A stretch of 64,000 nt of DNA from Candidatus Omnitrophica bacterium UBA6253. Its GTDB lineage: Bacteria > Omnitrophota > Gorgyraeia > Gygaellales > Profunditerraquicolaceae. Shown in pieces: positions 20,924 through 31,073 of the stretch. The position numbers and the translations under genes were made by a program. The stretch spans positions 260,255 to 324,254 of the forward strand of contig DJVP01000012.1 of NCBI GenBank assembly GCA_002441245.1, written 5' to 3'. Every line of letters starts with the position of its first letter. Within the stretch, counting starts at the first letter, position 1. The notes beneath the pieces are model-generated. The model searched no databases. It was not told the origin of the DNA and saw only the letters and a program-made list of their open reading frames with translations.

Positions 20924-21471
20924 TTATTCCATGCTTACCGTAGTAAGCTTTCCCTTTAACTCATCAAGCCGTTTTACTACCGAGCCGTCAATAATAGTAT
21001 TTCCGATGACTACCTGCACTCCCCCCAGGAGGCTGCCGTCTAAATCAATATAAAATCTTAGGTCTTGTTTAAACCGTTTTCTTAAAACAACCTCTATTTT
21101 TTTTATCAGATCCAGCTCCAGCGGAAAAGCAGTCCTGAGCAACACATCCATTTGACCATGATGAGCGTATTTTGCGCGCAGGTACTCCGCGACATCCCGA
21201 AAAATATCAAAACGTTTTTTTCAATAAGAAGTTTTAAAAAGTTACGTATTTCGTCTGAAAGGCCGTCCCTGATTGCCTCGTCTATAATCAAACATTTCTC
21301 AGTATACGAAATCTCGGGGTTATGCATAAGCTCGCTGAACCCTGGGTTGTCACGAATAATATTCTTTACAATTACCAAATCATCTAAGGCCTTATCCAAT
21401 CCGCAATTTTCCCGCGTCAAACTTATAAAGGCCTCGGCATACCTGCTAACAATTACCTTATTCTTTATCAT
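20924..21471 (-). pseudogene. atpH: ATP synthase delta (OSCP) subunit interrupted by a +/-1 frameshift in a T7 homopolymer
   Basis: Track ORFs 21106..21471 (N-terminal part, VSRYAEAFISL...) and 20924..21151 (C-terminal part, ...GNTIIDGSVVKRLDELKGKL) are two halves of one delta subunit of about 180 aa. Shifting frame inside the T-run at 21215-21221 restores the continuous read ...LIEKKRFDIFRDVAEYLRAKYAHHGQMDVLLRTAFPLELD.... This is probably a sequencing artefact, but as given the gene is broken. Confidence 0.75.
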
Positions 21472-21965
21472 TGCGCGTTTTCCAGATCCTTAATAAAATC
21501 TTCCACTATCCTGCGATCCCCGTCTTCGGTGAGTTTTTCCTGAATTACGCTTCTGGCTGCGCCCAAGGCAATATCCACTATTTTATCCTTGAGTTTCTCT
21601 TGAACCTGAGAAACCTCATACTTTACCTGATTACGCGCATCAATAATAATATCCTGCGCATCTTCATGGGCCTGTTTACGCATCTGCGCATTTATTTTCC
21701 TGCCCTGCTCAATAGCCTCCTTGATTTTTAATTCAGCCTGATCCTGGATTACCGCCATCCTAGATTCATAATCAGCTTTTAACCTGGAGATTTCAAGTTT
21801 AGACTCTTCGATTTTCTCAAATTCAGAGCGTATTCTTTCTTTGCGCTGATCCAGGAGACCAAGAATCTTCTTCCAGACAAAGAATCTTAGCAAGAATAAC
21901 AGCAGAAAGAAACTTAAAATCTGCGCAAATATTTCGCTTGCGCTAAGCATCTTTAAAAATTCCAC
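21468..21965 (-). CDS. atpF: Fo ATP synthase b subunit
   Basis: 165 aa. One N-terminal transmembrane helix followed by a long charged coiled coil. Confidence 0.85.
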   Translation of the reverse strand: MEFLKMLSASEIFAQILSFFLLLFLLRFFVWKKILGLLDQRKERIRSEFEKIEESKLEISRLKADYESRMAVIQDQAELKIKEAIEQGRKINAQMRKQAHEDAQDIIIDARNQVKYEVSQVQEKLKDKIVDIALGAARSVIQEKLTEDGDRRIVEDFIKDLENAQ

Positions 21966-21986
21966 GCTATTTTCCTCCTCTTGAGC

Positions 21987-22214
21987 TTACTTGGCGGCGT
22001 ACATAAAAGCAAATACCAAAACATATATGGTAATGGCTTCAATAAATGCACAACCGATAATCATGCTCATCATAATCTTATTGTTTGCTTCCGGCTGCCT
22101 GCTGATTGCCCCCATAGCCGAAGCTATCGCAATACCTAAACCGATCGCCGAACCAAGTGCCGCCATGCCCAAAGCTATAGCTACACCTAAATCCATTGCT
22201 GTTTTTGAATCCAT
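21987..22214 (-). CDS. atpE: Fo ATP synthase c subunit
   Basis: The internal start MDSKTAMDLGVAIALGMAALGSAIGLGIA...AITIYVLVFAFMYAAK follows AAGGAGGATAAT. That gives a 75-aa helical hairpin. The 45-codon N-terminal extension in the track ORF is rejected. Confidence 0.85.
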   Translation of the reverse strand: MDSKTAMDLGVAIALGMAALGSAIGLGIAIASAMGAISRQPEANNKIMMSMIIGCAFIEAITIYVLVFAFMYAAK

Positions 22215-22285
22215 ATTATCCTCCTTACCCAGAAAGGGTATACCCGCGCAATTTTTACAACAATAGCCAATACCAACGCAGGGTA

Positions 22286-23044
22286 CTATTCTGCTGCTTC
22301 TTCTTCGTGGTTTAAAACAAGTGCAAAATATATTGTAGTTAACAGGCAAAAAACCGCGGCCTGAACAATTGCCGTTAAAACTGCCATTAACATATTAAAA
22401 AATAATAACGGCAACCCTTTAATCCCAAAACCAGAAAGCAGGCCAATTAATACCTCATCCCCCCAAATATTACCGCGCAAACGTAAAGATAAACTTAAAG
22501 GGCGGATTAATTCTGTAATTACGTGCAGGAAAAGCATAAACAACGGCATAACAATGGTAAAGGCTAAAACCCCGCGCGGCTTTCCTGCCAGATGATCCAG
22601 GTACCCCAGAAAACCTAATTCCCTGACAGCCGTATACTGCACATAAAAAAATACGCACAACGCTAAAGCTAAAGTTGTCGACCAGCTGGCGGTAGACGAT
22701 TTCATAAACGGGATTAAACCTGAAAGATTCATGCAGAGTATATAAATAAACAGCGTGCCTATAAAAGGCGTGTATTTTCTACCGCTTGGCCCCATAATCC
22801 CGCATATAAAATCATCCAGGCCTCCAACAATAATTTCAACGGCTGCCTGCAGCCGGCTTACAGGGATAAAACTATTTTTTCTACAGGCGAAAAAAGCAAA
22901 AATTCCCAAAGCTAAAACAATGAGCAGGGAAAAGCTAACATTTTCCCAAAGATAAATGAATTTAAAAAAAACATTCCCGGGAAATTTATCTGCCAAGATC
23001 GCGAAGATATTCGCCAACTCCGGCATTACAGTATTCTCATTCAT
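22286..23044 (-). CDS. atpB: Fo ATP synthase a subunit
   Basis: 252 aa polytopic membrane protein with the conserved Arg region LSLRLRGNIWG. Confidence 0.88.
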   Translation of the reverse strand: MNENTVMPELANIFAILADKFPGNVFFKFIYLWENVSFSLLIVLALGIFAFFACRKNSFIPVSRLQAAVEIIVGGLDDFICGIMGPSGRKYTPFIGTLFIYILCMNLSGLIPFMKSSTASWSTTLALALCVFFYVQYTAVRELGFLGYLDHLAGKPRGVLAFTIVMPLFMLFLHVITELIRPLSLSLRLRGNIWGDEVLIGLLSGFGIKGLPLLFFNMLMAVLTAIVQAAVFCLLTTIYFALVLNHEEEAAE

Positions 23045-23310
23045 TGCTTATTCACCCTGGCAATAGCTTTTAAAACCTTAACTATCTCAATAATTGCTGT
23101 CAAAAAACCAAAAACAATACCAATCGATACCACTAAAAAAGGCAAATTAAACTTTTTCTGTAAATAAATACCTGCAAGGTAACCTGAAAGCGGGCCGGCA
23201 GCTAAGATAAAGGGAATAAAAGAAACAAAACCTACGGTTTTTATCCCTTTATAGAAATCTTCTTTCTGCATAAAGTGCTTATAAAAAAATCGACGTCTTA
23301 TATCCACCAC
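23041..23310 (-). CDS. atpI: AtpI/AtpZ-like small membrane protein at the head of the atp operon
   Basis: 89 aa with two hydrophobic helices. GTG start. It overlaps the atpB start. Confidence 0.5.
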   Translation of the reverse strand: MVDIRRRFFYKHFMQKEDFYKGIKTVGFVSFIPFILAAGPLSGYLAGIYLQKKFNLPFLVVSIGIVFGFLTAIIEIVKVLKAIARVNKQ

Positions 23311-23367
23311 TGGATTTAAGACGTCTGTTATCTTAATAACTGCTTTACCCTTTTGTAAGCAAGTGTT

Positions 23368-23395
23368 ATTTTACCATAATTTACAAGCTTGTCAA
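23368..23395 (-). promoter_or_regulatory. Sigma70-type promoter of the atp operon
   Basis: Minus strand: TTGACA (plus 23390-23395), a 16-nt spacer, TAAAAT (plus 23368-23373). Confidence 0.4.
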
Positions 23396-23406
23396 TTATT
23401 CTTTGC

Positions 23407-23811
23407 TCACTCTGTTTTAGTAGCGATATTCAGATTCTTTATACTCAATTCATTAAAAATATCCAAAAGGCCAACTATATCTTTAAACCTTACCATTTTA
23501 TCGGAATACAAGATTACCTCTAAGCCTGGATCAGCCTGATGAAGCTTGGTGACTTCTGCCTTGAGCGCTTTTCTTGAAATCAATTTATTATCGAGGTAAA
23601 TCATCCCTTCATTAGTTGCCATAATACTGATTTGCCTGGCCTCTTTCATTGGTTTGCCGGTTGAGGAACTGGGCAGGTTAACCTGAATATTTGACTGCAT
23701 AACAAGAGGCGTAGTAACCATAAATATAGCCATAAGCACCAATATTATATCTGTAAATGGCGCGGTGTTTATCTCAGTGAACGGCTTTTGTCTTCTGCCA
23801 GGCTGTCTCAT
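23407..23811 (-). CDS. exbD: ExbD/TolR family biopolymer transport protein
   Basis: 134 aa. N-terminal transmembrane helix APFTDIILVLMAIFMV and the ExbD periplasmic domain. Confidence 0.8.
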   Translation of the reverse strand: MRQPGRRQKPFTEINTAPFTDIILVLMAIFMVTTPLVMQSNIQVNLPSSSTGKPMKEARQISIMATNEGMIYLDNKLISRKALKAEVTKLHQADPGLEVILYSDKMVRFKDIVGLLDIFNELSIKNLNIATKTE

Positions 23812-24428
23812 TTTTTTATCGCGCTAATTAAATCCATGGTTTCCGATGCCGCCAACTCCATATCTTTAATAAAATCATCTATTTTCTTCATGCAGTAATT
23901 ATAGGCAGCTACCGCCGGGACTGCAATAGTAAGACCTGCGGCAGTAGTAGATAATGCCTCGGATATTCCTCCGATAATTACGCTTATGCTGCTTGAGCCG
24001 CTGATAGATACATCATGAAAAGCCCTGAGAATACCAGTTATTGTCCCTAGAAGGCCAATATAAACCGAAACACTTGCGATTGTGCCGATTACGGACGTAA
24101 AACGCTCAAGGATGACAGTTTCAATAATAATCTGGCGCTCCATATTGTTAGATATCTCTTTTTCGCTGCAATCAAAGAAATTCAAACCCGCATAGACTAC
24201 CTGGGCAAAAGGGGCATTACTGTCTTTGCATATTTTCATTGCCGGATTTACCCCGCCCTTCTTGATTTCATGACGGATCCTAAGCATAAGGTCTTTACGT
24301 TTTAACCTTGATTTACTGCGATAAAAAATAACTCTTTCCAGGATAATAGCAACGGATACCACTGAGATTGCCAAGAGTACAACCATGGTGACCCCGCCGA
24401 TTTTAATCAAATGCCACAACATATTCAT
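23808..24428 (-). CDS. exbB: ExbB/TolQ/MotA family proton-channel protein
   Basis: 206 aa with three transmembrane helices and the MotA/TolQ/ExbB C-terminal motif. Confidence 0.8.
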   Translation of the reverse strand: MNMLWHLIKIGGVTMVVLLAISVVSVAIILERVIFYRSKSRLKRKDLMLRIRHEIKKGGVNPAMKICKDSNAPFAQVVYAGLNFFDCSEKEISNNMERQIIIETVILERFTSVIGTIASVSVYIGLLGTITGILRAFHDVSISGSSSISVIIGGISEALSTTAAGLTIAVPAVAAYNYCMKKIDDFIKDMELAASETMDLISAIKK

Positions 24429-24531
24429 AAAAGCTCCTCCTATTGTTCATTGTGCTTAAAGAAATAACCGAAATATGCATACCAATTAGGATAAGATATT
24501 CTACATCAAATTTTAGAAAAAGTCTTGATTT

Positions 24532-25974
24532 TTATAACGCAGGCAAGCTTGACTGTTTCATAAGGTATTTATCAATATGGTGGGCAGCGCGCCGACCCTC
24601 AGCAATCGCCCAGACAATTAGGGATTGACCCCGGCGCATATCCCCACAGGCAAATACATTTTTTCTGGAAGTCATAAATCTTTCATCTGTTTTAACATTA
24701 CCCCGCTGGTCTAAATCAAGATCCAACTCCTGGATTAATCCTTTTTTTTCGGGATGCAAAAACCCTAAAGCCAGTATCGCTAAATCTGCCTCGATTTCAA
24801 AATCAGACCCGGCTATTTCCTGCATAAGCGTACAACCCTGGGCATCTTTCTTAAATTCTACCCTAACACAACAAAGCTTGGTTAACTCTGAGCCTATACC
24901 AATAAATTTCTTAGTTAATATTGACCAATCCCTTTCTCCCCCCTCCTCATGGCTGGTCGAAGACTTAAGCAATAAAGGGTATTTCGGCCAAGGATAATCC
25001 TTGCCTCGGCAGGTTAACGGTTTAGGCATAATTTCAATCTGCATAACGCAAGAGGCACCCTGCCTGTGCGCAACCCCCACACAATCTGCTCCGGTATCGC
25101 CTCCGCCTATTACCACTACACGCTTAGCCTTCGCATCAATTAATTCTTGTGGCGTAACCTGTTTTGCCTTTATTCTCATATTGGACTGAATAAGATAATC
25201 CATTGCAAAATGAATCCCGGAAAGCCCCCTGCCTTCAATATTTAAATCGCGAGGAGTGCGCGAACCACAGGCAATACAAACTGCGTCAAACTCACCCGCT
25301 AACTGCTCTGCCTTATAATCAATACCTATATTTATTTTTGTTTTAAATTTTATCCCTTCTTTTTCTAAAATCTTAATCCTGCGCTCTATAATTCTCTTAT
25401 CTAATTTAAACTCCGGAATCCCATAGCGTAAGATTCCGCCAACAGCATCATCTCTTTCAAAAACCACAACTCTATGGCCTGCAGAATTAAGTTGATCCGC
25501 ACAAGCTAAGCCAGCAGGCCCCGAACCAACCACGGCAATTTTCTTACCTGTTCTTTTCTTGGGGATACACGGTTTAATTAATCCATTCTTAAAAGCATAT
25601 TCAATTATCCCCAGCTCATTTTCCCGGATAGTGACCGGGTCATCATTAATACCTAAAACACAGGCGTATTCGCAAATTGCCGGGCAGATACGCCCGGTAA
25701 TCTCAGGAAGATTATTGGTAGCACTAAGCAAACTAAAGGCTTTCTCCCAATGGTTATGAAAAACAAGATCATTCCACTCCGGGATATAATTACCGATAGG
25801 GCACCCCGAATGGCAAAAAGGCGTGCCGCAATCCATGCAACGCGAAGATTGCTCTTCAACCTGAGATTCAGTACGCAAAAGGTTCACCTCGCTAAAATCT
25901 TTAACCCTTTCGCAAACCGGCCGATAATTACCAGGCTGTCTTTTAACTTTTAAGAAACCTTTAATGTCACCCAT
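24532..25974 (-). CDS. gltD: Glutamate synthase (NADPH) small subunit
   Basis: 480 aa. CMDCGTPFCHSGCP...CPAICEYAC Fe-S motifs, then IAVVGSGPAGLACADQL and a second Rossmann fold VVVIGGGDTGADC. It is directly downstream of gltB. Confidence 0.9.
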   Translation of the reverse strand: MGDIKGFLKVKRQPGNYRPVCERVKDFSEVNLLRTESQVEEQSSRCMDCGTPFCHSGCPIGNYIPEWNDLVFHNHWEKAFSLLSATNNLPEITGRICPAICEYACVLGINDDPVTIRENELGIIEYAFKNGLIKPCIPKKRTGKKIAVVGSGPAGLACADQLNSAGHRVVVFERDDAVGGILRYGIPEFKLDKRIIERRIKILEKEGIKFKTKINIGIDYKAEQLAGEFDAVCIACGSRTPRDLNIEGRGLSGIHFAMDYLIQSNMRIKAKQVTPQELIDAKAKRVVVIGGGDTGADCVGVAHRQGASCVMQIEIMPKPLTCRGKDYPWPKYPLLLKSSTSHEEGGERDWSILTKKFIGIGSELTKLCCVRVEFKKDAQGCTLMQEIAGSDFEIEADLAILALGFLHPEKKGLIQELDLDLDQRGNVKTDERFMTSRKNVFACGDMRRGQSLIVWAIAEGRRAAHHIDKYLMKQSSLPAL

Positions 25975-28900
25975 CAGTATATTCTCCCGGATCTATTCTC
26001 CTGGACAGTTTTTTCTCACCCAGAATACGCTTATACTCTAAAGGCATGACCTTAACAAAAAGACCGATGTATTTGCGAAAATTACTAAGCATTAGTTTTG
26101 CCTTTAAACTCTGAGTATATTTATAATGATTAGCCAGCAAATATTTAATTGTCTCTATGTCAGAGGAATCAATTTTCTCTAATATCACCATCCCCATATT
26201 ACATTTTTTATTAAAATCTTTATCTTCATCCAGGCAATAGGCTACCCCTCCGGACATTCCTGCAGCAAAATTCCTGCCGGTTTTACCTAAAATAACCACC
26301 CTGCCTCCAGTCATATACTCACAACCATGGTCACCTACGCCTTCAACCACAGCATTTAATCCTGAGTTCCTGATGCAAAATCTCTCTCCGGCAACCCCCC
26401 TGATATATGCCTCTCCGTTTATTGCCCCGTAAAAAATAGTATTTCCTACGATAATATTCTTACCCGGATTATAATCTGCGCTTCTATCCGGATAAATTAT
26501 GATTTTACCACCCGAGATACCTTTACCCACATAATCATTAGCCATCCCCTCTAAGATAAAAGTGACCCCTCTGGTTAAAAAAGCTCCAAAACTTTGACCA
26601 GCTACCCCCTTAAAATTGCATTTAATCGTATCCTCCGGCAAACCACTCTCCCCAAATCTCTTGCAAATTTCTCCACTTAGCATAGCACCGACTGTGCGAT
26701 TCACATTATTAATCTGCCGATTAATCTGAACCCCCTGAGATTTCTCCAGCGCTGCCCCGGATAATTCAATTAGCTTTAAATCCATTATTTTATCAAGGCC
26801 GTGCTCCTGTTGCTGAGAATAATGCATAATTACCGATTGCGGCATTTGCGGCGCATAAAGAATCCTCGAGAAATCTATTTCTCTTGCTTTCCAGGGCAGT
26901 ATTTTTTTATTTAATTCAAGCAAATCTGTTCTGCCCACCATATCCTCTAATCTTTTTATGCCTAAGGAACCCATAATCTTACGCAGCTCATTAGCAACAA
27001 AGGTAAAATAATTTATAATAAAATCCGGATTTCCGCCAAATCTTTTCTCAAGAATTTCATCCTGCGTAGCAATCCCTACAGAACAATTATTTAAATTACA
27101 ATGCCTGAGCATCACGCACCCTAAAGTAATTAATACTGCGGTAGAAAATCCAAATTCCTCAGCTCCCAATAAAGCAGCAATGGCTACGTCGCGTCCGGTA
27201 CGCATCTGGCCGTCAGCCTGCAGACGCACCCTGCTTCTTAAATCATTTAAAACCAAGGTCTGATGCGTCTCTGCAAGGCCTAATTCCCAGGGCAGGCCGG
27301 CATGTTTAATTGAACTTAAAGGCGAAGCACCCGTTCCTCCATCTCCGCCTGAGATAAGGATCATTTCTGCATGCCCCTTGGCAACGCCTGCGGCGATCGT
27401 GCCTACGCCAATTTCAGAAACTAGCTTAACGCTAATACGTGCAACAGGATTAACATTCTTTAAATCAAAGATAAGCTGCGCTAAATCTTCTATAGAATAA
27501 ATATCGTGGTGCGGCGGAGGAGAAATCAATGTTACTCCAGGAGTAGTATAACGCGTCCTGGCAATTATTGCACTTACCTTATGTCCGGGAAGCTGTCCAC
27601 CCTCGCCAGGTTTTGCACCCTGGGCTATTTTAATCTGAATTTCATCAGCATTGACTAGATAATTGGTAGTTACCCCGAAACGGCCTGAAGCCACCTGCTT
27701 AATTGCGCTTCTGGAAGAATCGCCATTAGGCAATGGAGAAAAACGCGCAGGGTCCTCACCCCCCTCACCGGTATTAGACTTGCCCTTCAATCTATTCATG
27801 GCAATTGCAATTGTCTCATGAGTCGCCCGGCTGATTGAACCAAAACTCATCGCCCCTGTAACAAACCGTTTTACAATCTCTTCGACCGGCTCAACTTCAT
27901 CCAAAGCAACGGGTTTTTGTGTTTTAAATTTCAACAGGCTTCTTAAGGTAGCAGGATTTTTCGACTGATCATTAATCAGGTTAGCAAACTCCTGATATTT
28001 TACTTGATCATTATTTCGCACGGCATCCTGCAGACAGGCAATAGAATCCGGATTCCAAAGGTGAAACTCCCCATCCCGCTTCCACTGATAAACTCCTCCG
28101 CTAGCCAAATAATCCTCCTTGATTGGCCTTGCAGGAAAAGCCTCTTGATGGCGCATAATGGTTTCCTTGGCAATAGTAGCTAAAGATGCCCCGTTAATCC
28201 TGGAAACAGTACCGCTAAAATAATTATCAACCACGTTTTGCTTTAACCCTACTGCCTCAAATATTTGCGCCCCACGGTAACTCTGTAAAGTAGATATGCC
28301 CATTTTGGAGAGCACCTTTAAAATTCCTTTATCTACCGCCTTAATATAATTGTATTCAGCTTTCTCAATACCAAGAGTTAGCTCTTTATCTTTAACCAGT
28401 CCCTCTACTGCCCTGAAGGCAAGATAGGGATTAACGCAATCTGCACCATACCCAAAAAGCAAAGCAAAATGGTTTACTTCACGCGGTTCAGCACTTTCTA
28501 AGACAATGCTGATTTGAGTACGCAAAGAATGCCGGACCAGATAATGATGCAAACCGGAAACTGCCAAAAGGCTAGGAATACTGGCATAATTTTTATTTAC
28601 TCCGCGGTCGCTTAAAATGATAAAGGTATATCCTTTCTTTATCGCGTTTTCTGCTTCGCGGGATATTTTATTAATTGCTTTGGCAAAATCTATTTTTCCG
28701 GTTATCTTAAAAAGCAGGGAAATAACTTTAGTTTTAAAACCATTCTTTTTTATTTTACGTATTTTCTCAAGCTCAACATTGCTAAGGATCGGTTGTGCAA
28801 CCAATAACTTACGGCAATGATCTTCTCCATCACTTAAGATATTCTTCTCTGGACCTAAATAACTGGCCAAGCTCATCACTAATTCTTCGCGGATAGGATC

Positions 28901-30508
28901 GATTGCCGGATTAGTCACTTGAGCAAACAATTGCTTAAAATAAGAAAATAAAAGCTGTGGCTGAGCAGAAAACACGGCATGCGGGGTATCATTGCCCATA
29001 GAGCCTATCGGCTCTTGTGCATCAGAAGCCATAGGCTTAATAATGGTTTTCAAATCTTCGCGTGTATAGCCAAAGGCTTTCAATTGCACCAACATATTAC
29101 TCTTATCTTCTCCAGAAAATCTACAGGGTATTTCATCCAACTGGACTATATTTTTCTTGACCCATTGCTTATAAGGCCTGGATTGGCTAAGCTCTTTTTT
29201 AATCTGGCTGTCCTCAATTATGCATCCGGCCTTTGTATCAATAAAAAATGTCTTGCCCGGCTCAAGACGCCCCGAATAAAGTATGTCGAAAGGCGCAATA
29301 TCCAAAACACCTACCTCAGAAGCCATGACCACAAAATCTTTCTTAGTAACAATATACCTGCAAGGCCTCAGGCCATTACGATCAAGCACGGCTCCAATAC
29401 TCTGTCCATCGGTAAAAGCAATAGCTGCCGGGCCATCCCAGGGTTCTATCAAACAAGTGTTATATTCATAAAAAGCCCTTACTTTTTCCTCAAGCAAATT
29501 ATTCTGCTCCCAGGCACTCGGTATAAGCATAGAAATAGCATGCGGCAGGGTTCTCCCGGATAAAGTTAAAAGTTCAAAAACATTATCAATTGTTGCAGAA
29601 TCGCTTCCATCCGGAACGATTACAGGAATTATCTTCTTTAAATCCTTCCCAAATAATTCACTACACAAGAGGCTTTCCCGGCTACGCATCCAGTTAATAT
29701 TCCCCCTTAAGGTATTAATCTCCCCGTTGTGCGCGATAAACCTAAACGGCTGAGACAGGTCCCAGGTAGGAAACGTATTCGTAGAGTAGCGAGAATGCAC
29801 CAACGCCAGGGCACTTTTAATCTTTTCAGATTGTAAATCCAAGAAGAAATTCTCCACCTGATACGGCATAAGCAAACCCTTATAGACAAAGGTGCGGCTG
29901 GATAAGCTGGGGATATAAAATGACCTCTTCTGCTTTATCTTGGATGCCCGGATAATGTTTTCTGCTTGTTTACGGATAACATAAAGCTTCCTTTCAAAAA
30001 CCAAAGAATCCGTTATTTTCTTGTTACGGCCAATAAAAACTTGTTCAATCTTCGGCTGGCTGTCTTTTGCGCTTTGCCCAATATCCTGATTATCTACCGG
30101 AACGCTGCGCCAACCCAAAAACGCTTGAGTTTCATCCCGAATAATTCTTTCAAGAATATTTTTACAAAATTTTCGCTCCATGGCATCCTGAGGAAGAAAT
30201 ACCAGGCCTGAGGCATATCCGCCTTCTTTAGGTAAATCAATCTCTGCCTCTAAACAAATGGAGGCAAAGAAATCATGCGGAAACTGAATAAGTATGCCTG
30301 CGCCATCACCTGTCTTAGGGTCTGCGCCAGTTGCGCCACGATGCGCAAGTCGCCTTAAAACATTTAGACCCTGTTTAACAATGTCATGGCTTTTATTGCC
30401 CTTGATATTACAAACAAACCCTACGCCACAAGAATCATGCTCAAATTGCGGATCGTATAAACCTTGTTTTTGAGGTAAGTACGTATATCTCATAGACTTA
30501 TTTTCCAC
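25967..30508 (-). CDS. gltB: Glutamate synthase large subunit
   Basis: 1513 aa. N-terminal amidotransferase Cys (FEHDSCGVGFV), FMN/3Fe-4S central domain and C-terminal GXGXG beta-helix domain. Confidence 0.95.
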   Translation of the reverse strand: MENKSMRYTYLPQKQGLYDPQFEHDSCGVGFVCNIKGNKSHDIVKQGLNVLRRLAHRGATGADPKTGDGAGILIQFPHDFFASICLEAEIDLPKEGGYASGLVFLPQDAMERKFCKNILERIIRDETQAFLGWRSVPVDNQDIGQSAKDSQPKIEQVFIGRNKKITDSLVFERKLYVIRKQAENIIRASKIKQKRSFYIPSLSSRTFVYKGLLMPYQVENFFLDLQSEKIKSALALVHSRYSTNTFPTWDLSQPFRFIAHNGEINTLRGNINWMRSRESLLCSELFGKDLKKIIPVIVPDGSDSATIDNVFELLTLSGRTLPHAISMLIPSAWEQNNLLEEKVRAFYEYNTCLIEPWDGPAAIAFTDGQSIGAVLDRNGLRPCRYIVTKKDFVVMASEVGVLDIAPFDILYSGRLEPGKTFFIDTKAGCIIEDSQIKKELSQSRPYKQWVKKNIVQLDEIPCRFSGEDKSNMLVQLKAFGYTREDLKTIIKPMASDAQEPIGSMGNDTPHAVFSAQPQLLFSYFKQLFAQVTNPAIDPIREELVMSLASYLGPEKNILSDGEDHCRKLLVAQPILSNVELEKIRKIKKNGFKTKVISLLFKITGKIDFAKAINKISREAENAIKKGYTFIILSDRGVNKNYASIPSLLAVSGLHHYLVRHSLRTQISIVLESAEPREVNHFALLFGYGADCVNPYLAFRAVEGLVKDKELTLGIEKAEYNYIKAVDKGILKVLSKMGISTLQSYRGAQIFEAVGLKQNVVDNYFSGTVSRINGASLATIAKETIMRHQEAFPARPIKEDYLASGGVYQWKRDGEFHLWNPDSIACLQDAVRNNDQVKYQEFANLINDQSKNPATLRSLLKFKTQKPVALDEVEPVEEIVKRFVTGAMSFGSISRATHETIAIAMNRLKGKSNTGEGGEDPARFSPLPNGDSSRSAIKQVASGRFGVTTNYLVNADEIQIKIAQGAKPGEGGQLPGHKVSAIIARTRYTTPGVTLISPPPHHDIYSIEDLAQLIFDLKNVNPVARISVKLVSEIGVGTIAAGVAKGHAEMILISGGDGGTGASPLSSIKHAGLPWELGLAETHQTLVLNDLRSRVRLQADGQMRTGRDVAIAALLGAEEFGFSTAVLITLGCVMLRHCNLNNCSVGIATQDEILEKRFGGNPDFIINYFTFVANELRKIMGSLGIKRLEDMVGRTDLLELNKKILPWKAREIDFSRILYAPQMPQSVIMHYSQQQEHGLDKIMDLKLIELSGAALEKSQGVQINRQINNVNRTVGAMLSGEICKRFGESGLPEDTIKCNFKGVAGQSFGAFLTRGVTFILEGMANDYVGKGISGGKIIIYPDRSADYNPGKNIIVGNTIFYGAINGEAYIRGVAGERFCIRNSGLNAVVEGVGDHGCEYMTGGRVVILGKTGRNFAAGMSGGVAYCLDEDKDFNKKCNMGMVILEKIDSSDIETIKYLLANHYKYTQSLKAKLMLSNFRKYIGLFVKVMPLEYKRILGEKKLSRRIDPGEYTDG

Positions 30509-30873
30509 CTGCTAACATCAATGCCCAGCTTTTTAATCTTTGCGCGCATAGTATTACGATTAATCCCCAGTATACGCGCAGCCTTAAGCTGATTGCCTTC
30601 ACAACGCTCTAAAGTTTGCTCAAGCAAAGGCTTCTCTATCGCTTCTAAAACAGACTTATATAATACTCCTCTTTTTTCAATAAACAAAGAGTTCTCCAGC
30701 TCAACTACCCTATCCTTAATAAAAGCCAAGTCCCTTATACAATCCTTCTTAACTAACCTGATAATGTTATCTCCGGCAGTATTTTCAGGAAAAGAATAAC
30801 CCTCCTGCGCAAACAATTTAGTCAACGCATCTTTTACCTGCAACTCATTTTCTGTTATGAGGATTGTAATCAT
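30490..30873 (-). CDS. Small Fis-family HTH regulator (NtrC C-terminal-like) with a degenerate receiver-like N-terminus
   Basis: 127 aa. C-terminal LLEQTLERCEGNQLKAARILGINRNTMRAKIKKLGI is a Fis-type HTH. The first 50 aa resemble a truncated receiver (ILITENE...) lacking the phospho-acceptor region. It overlaps the gltB start. Confidence 0.55.
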   Translation of the reverse strand: MITILITENELQVKDALTKLFAQEGYSFPENTAGDNIIRLVKKDCIRDLAFIKDRVVELENSLFIEKRGVLYKSVLEAIEKPLLEQTLERCEGNQLKAARILGINRNTMRAKIKKLGIDVSRWKISL

Positions 30874-31073
30874 CTTCTGCTTAAACTTTATGCATCGTTA
30901 TTGAAAAAAAGACGCTCACTTTGGCAAAAAGAATTTAAGCCATCATGAACGTCTATGTTCTATGTGTTATATGTTATACTTGAAGCACTACGCCGTGCTT
31001 ACATTTTAAACTCTAATACCTGATCCCATTAGTGTCCAATCCAGTATTTCGCTGGATCAAGATTTTAAGTTGC

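Noticed and set aside
22215-22349. The 45-codon N-terminal extension of the atpE track ORF (MPVNYNIFCTCFKPRRRSS...)
   Set aside because: It is Cys/Arg-rich, non-membrane sequence overlapping the atpB 3' end. A canonical c-subunit start with AAGGAGG lies at 22214.
28979-29563. Plus-strand ORFs of 60-194 aa, for example 28979..29563, 4283..4732, 46614..47066, 34220..34666, 14856..15215, 55423..55806
   Set aside because: All are antisense to well-supported, motif-bearing minus-strand genes. All are low-complexity or Ser/Pro/Arg-rich and have no RBS. I take them as shadow ORFs.
30874-31073. Sigma54 promoter or NtcA/GlnR-type site upstream of the Fis-HTH/gltBD operon
   Set aside because: TTGGCAAAAAG is present but there is no GC element at the correct spacing. 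I could not support any specific nitrogen-regulator motif by eye.
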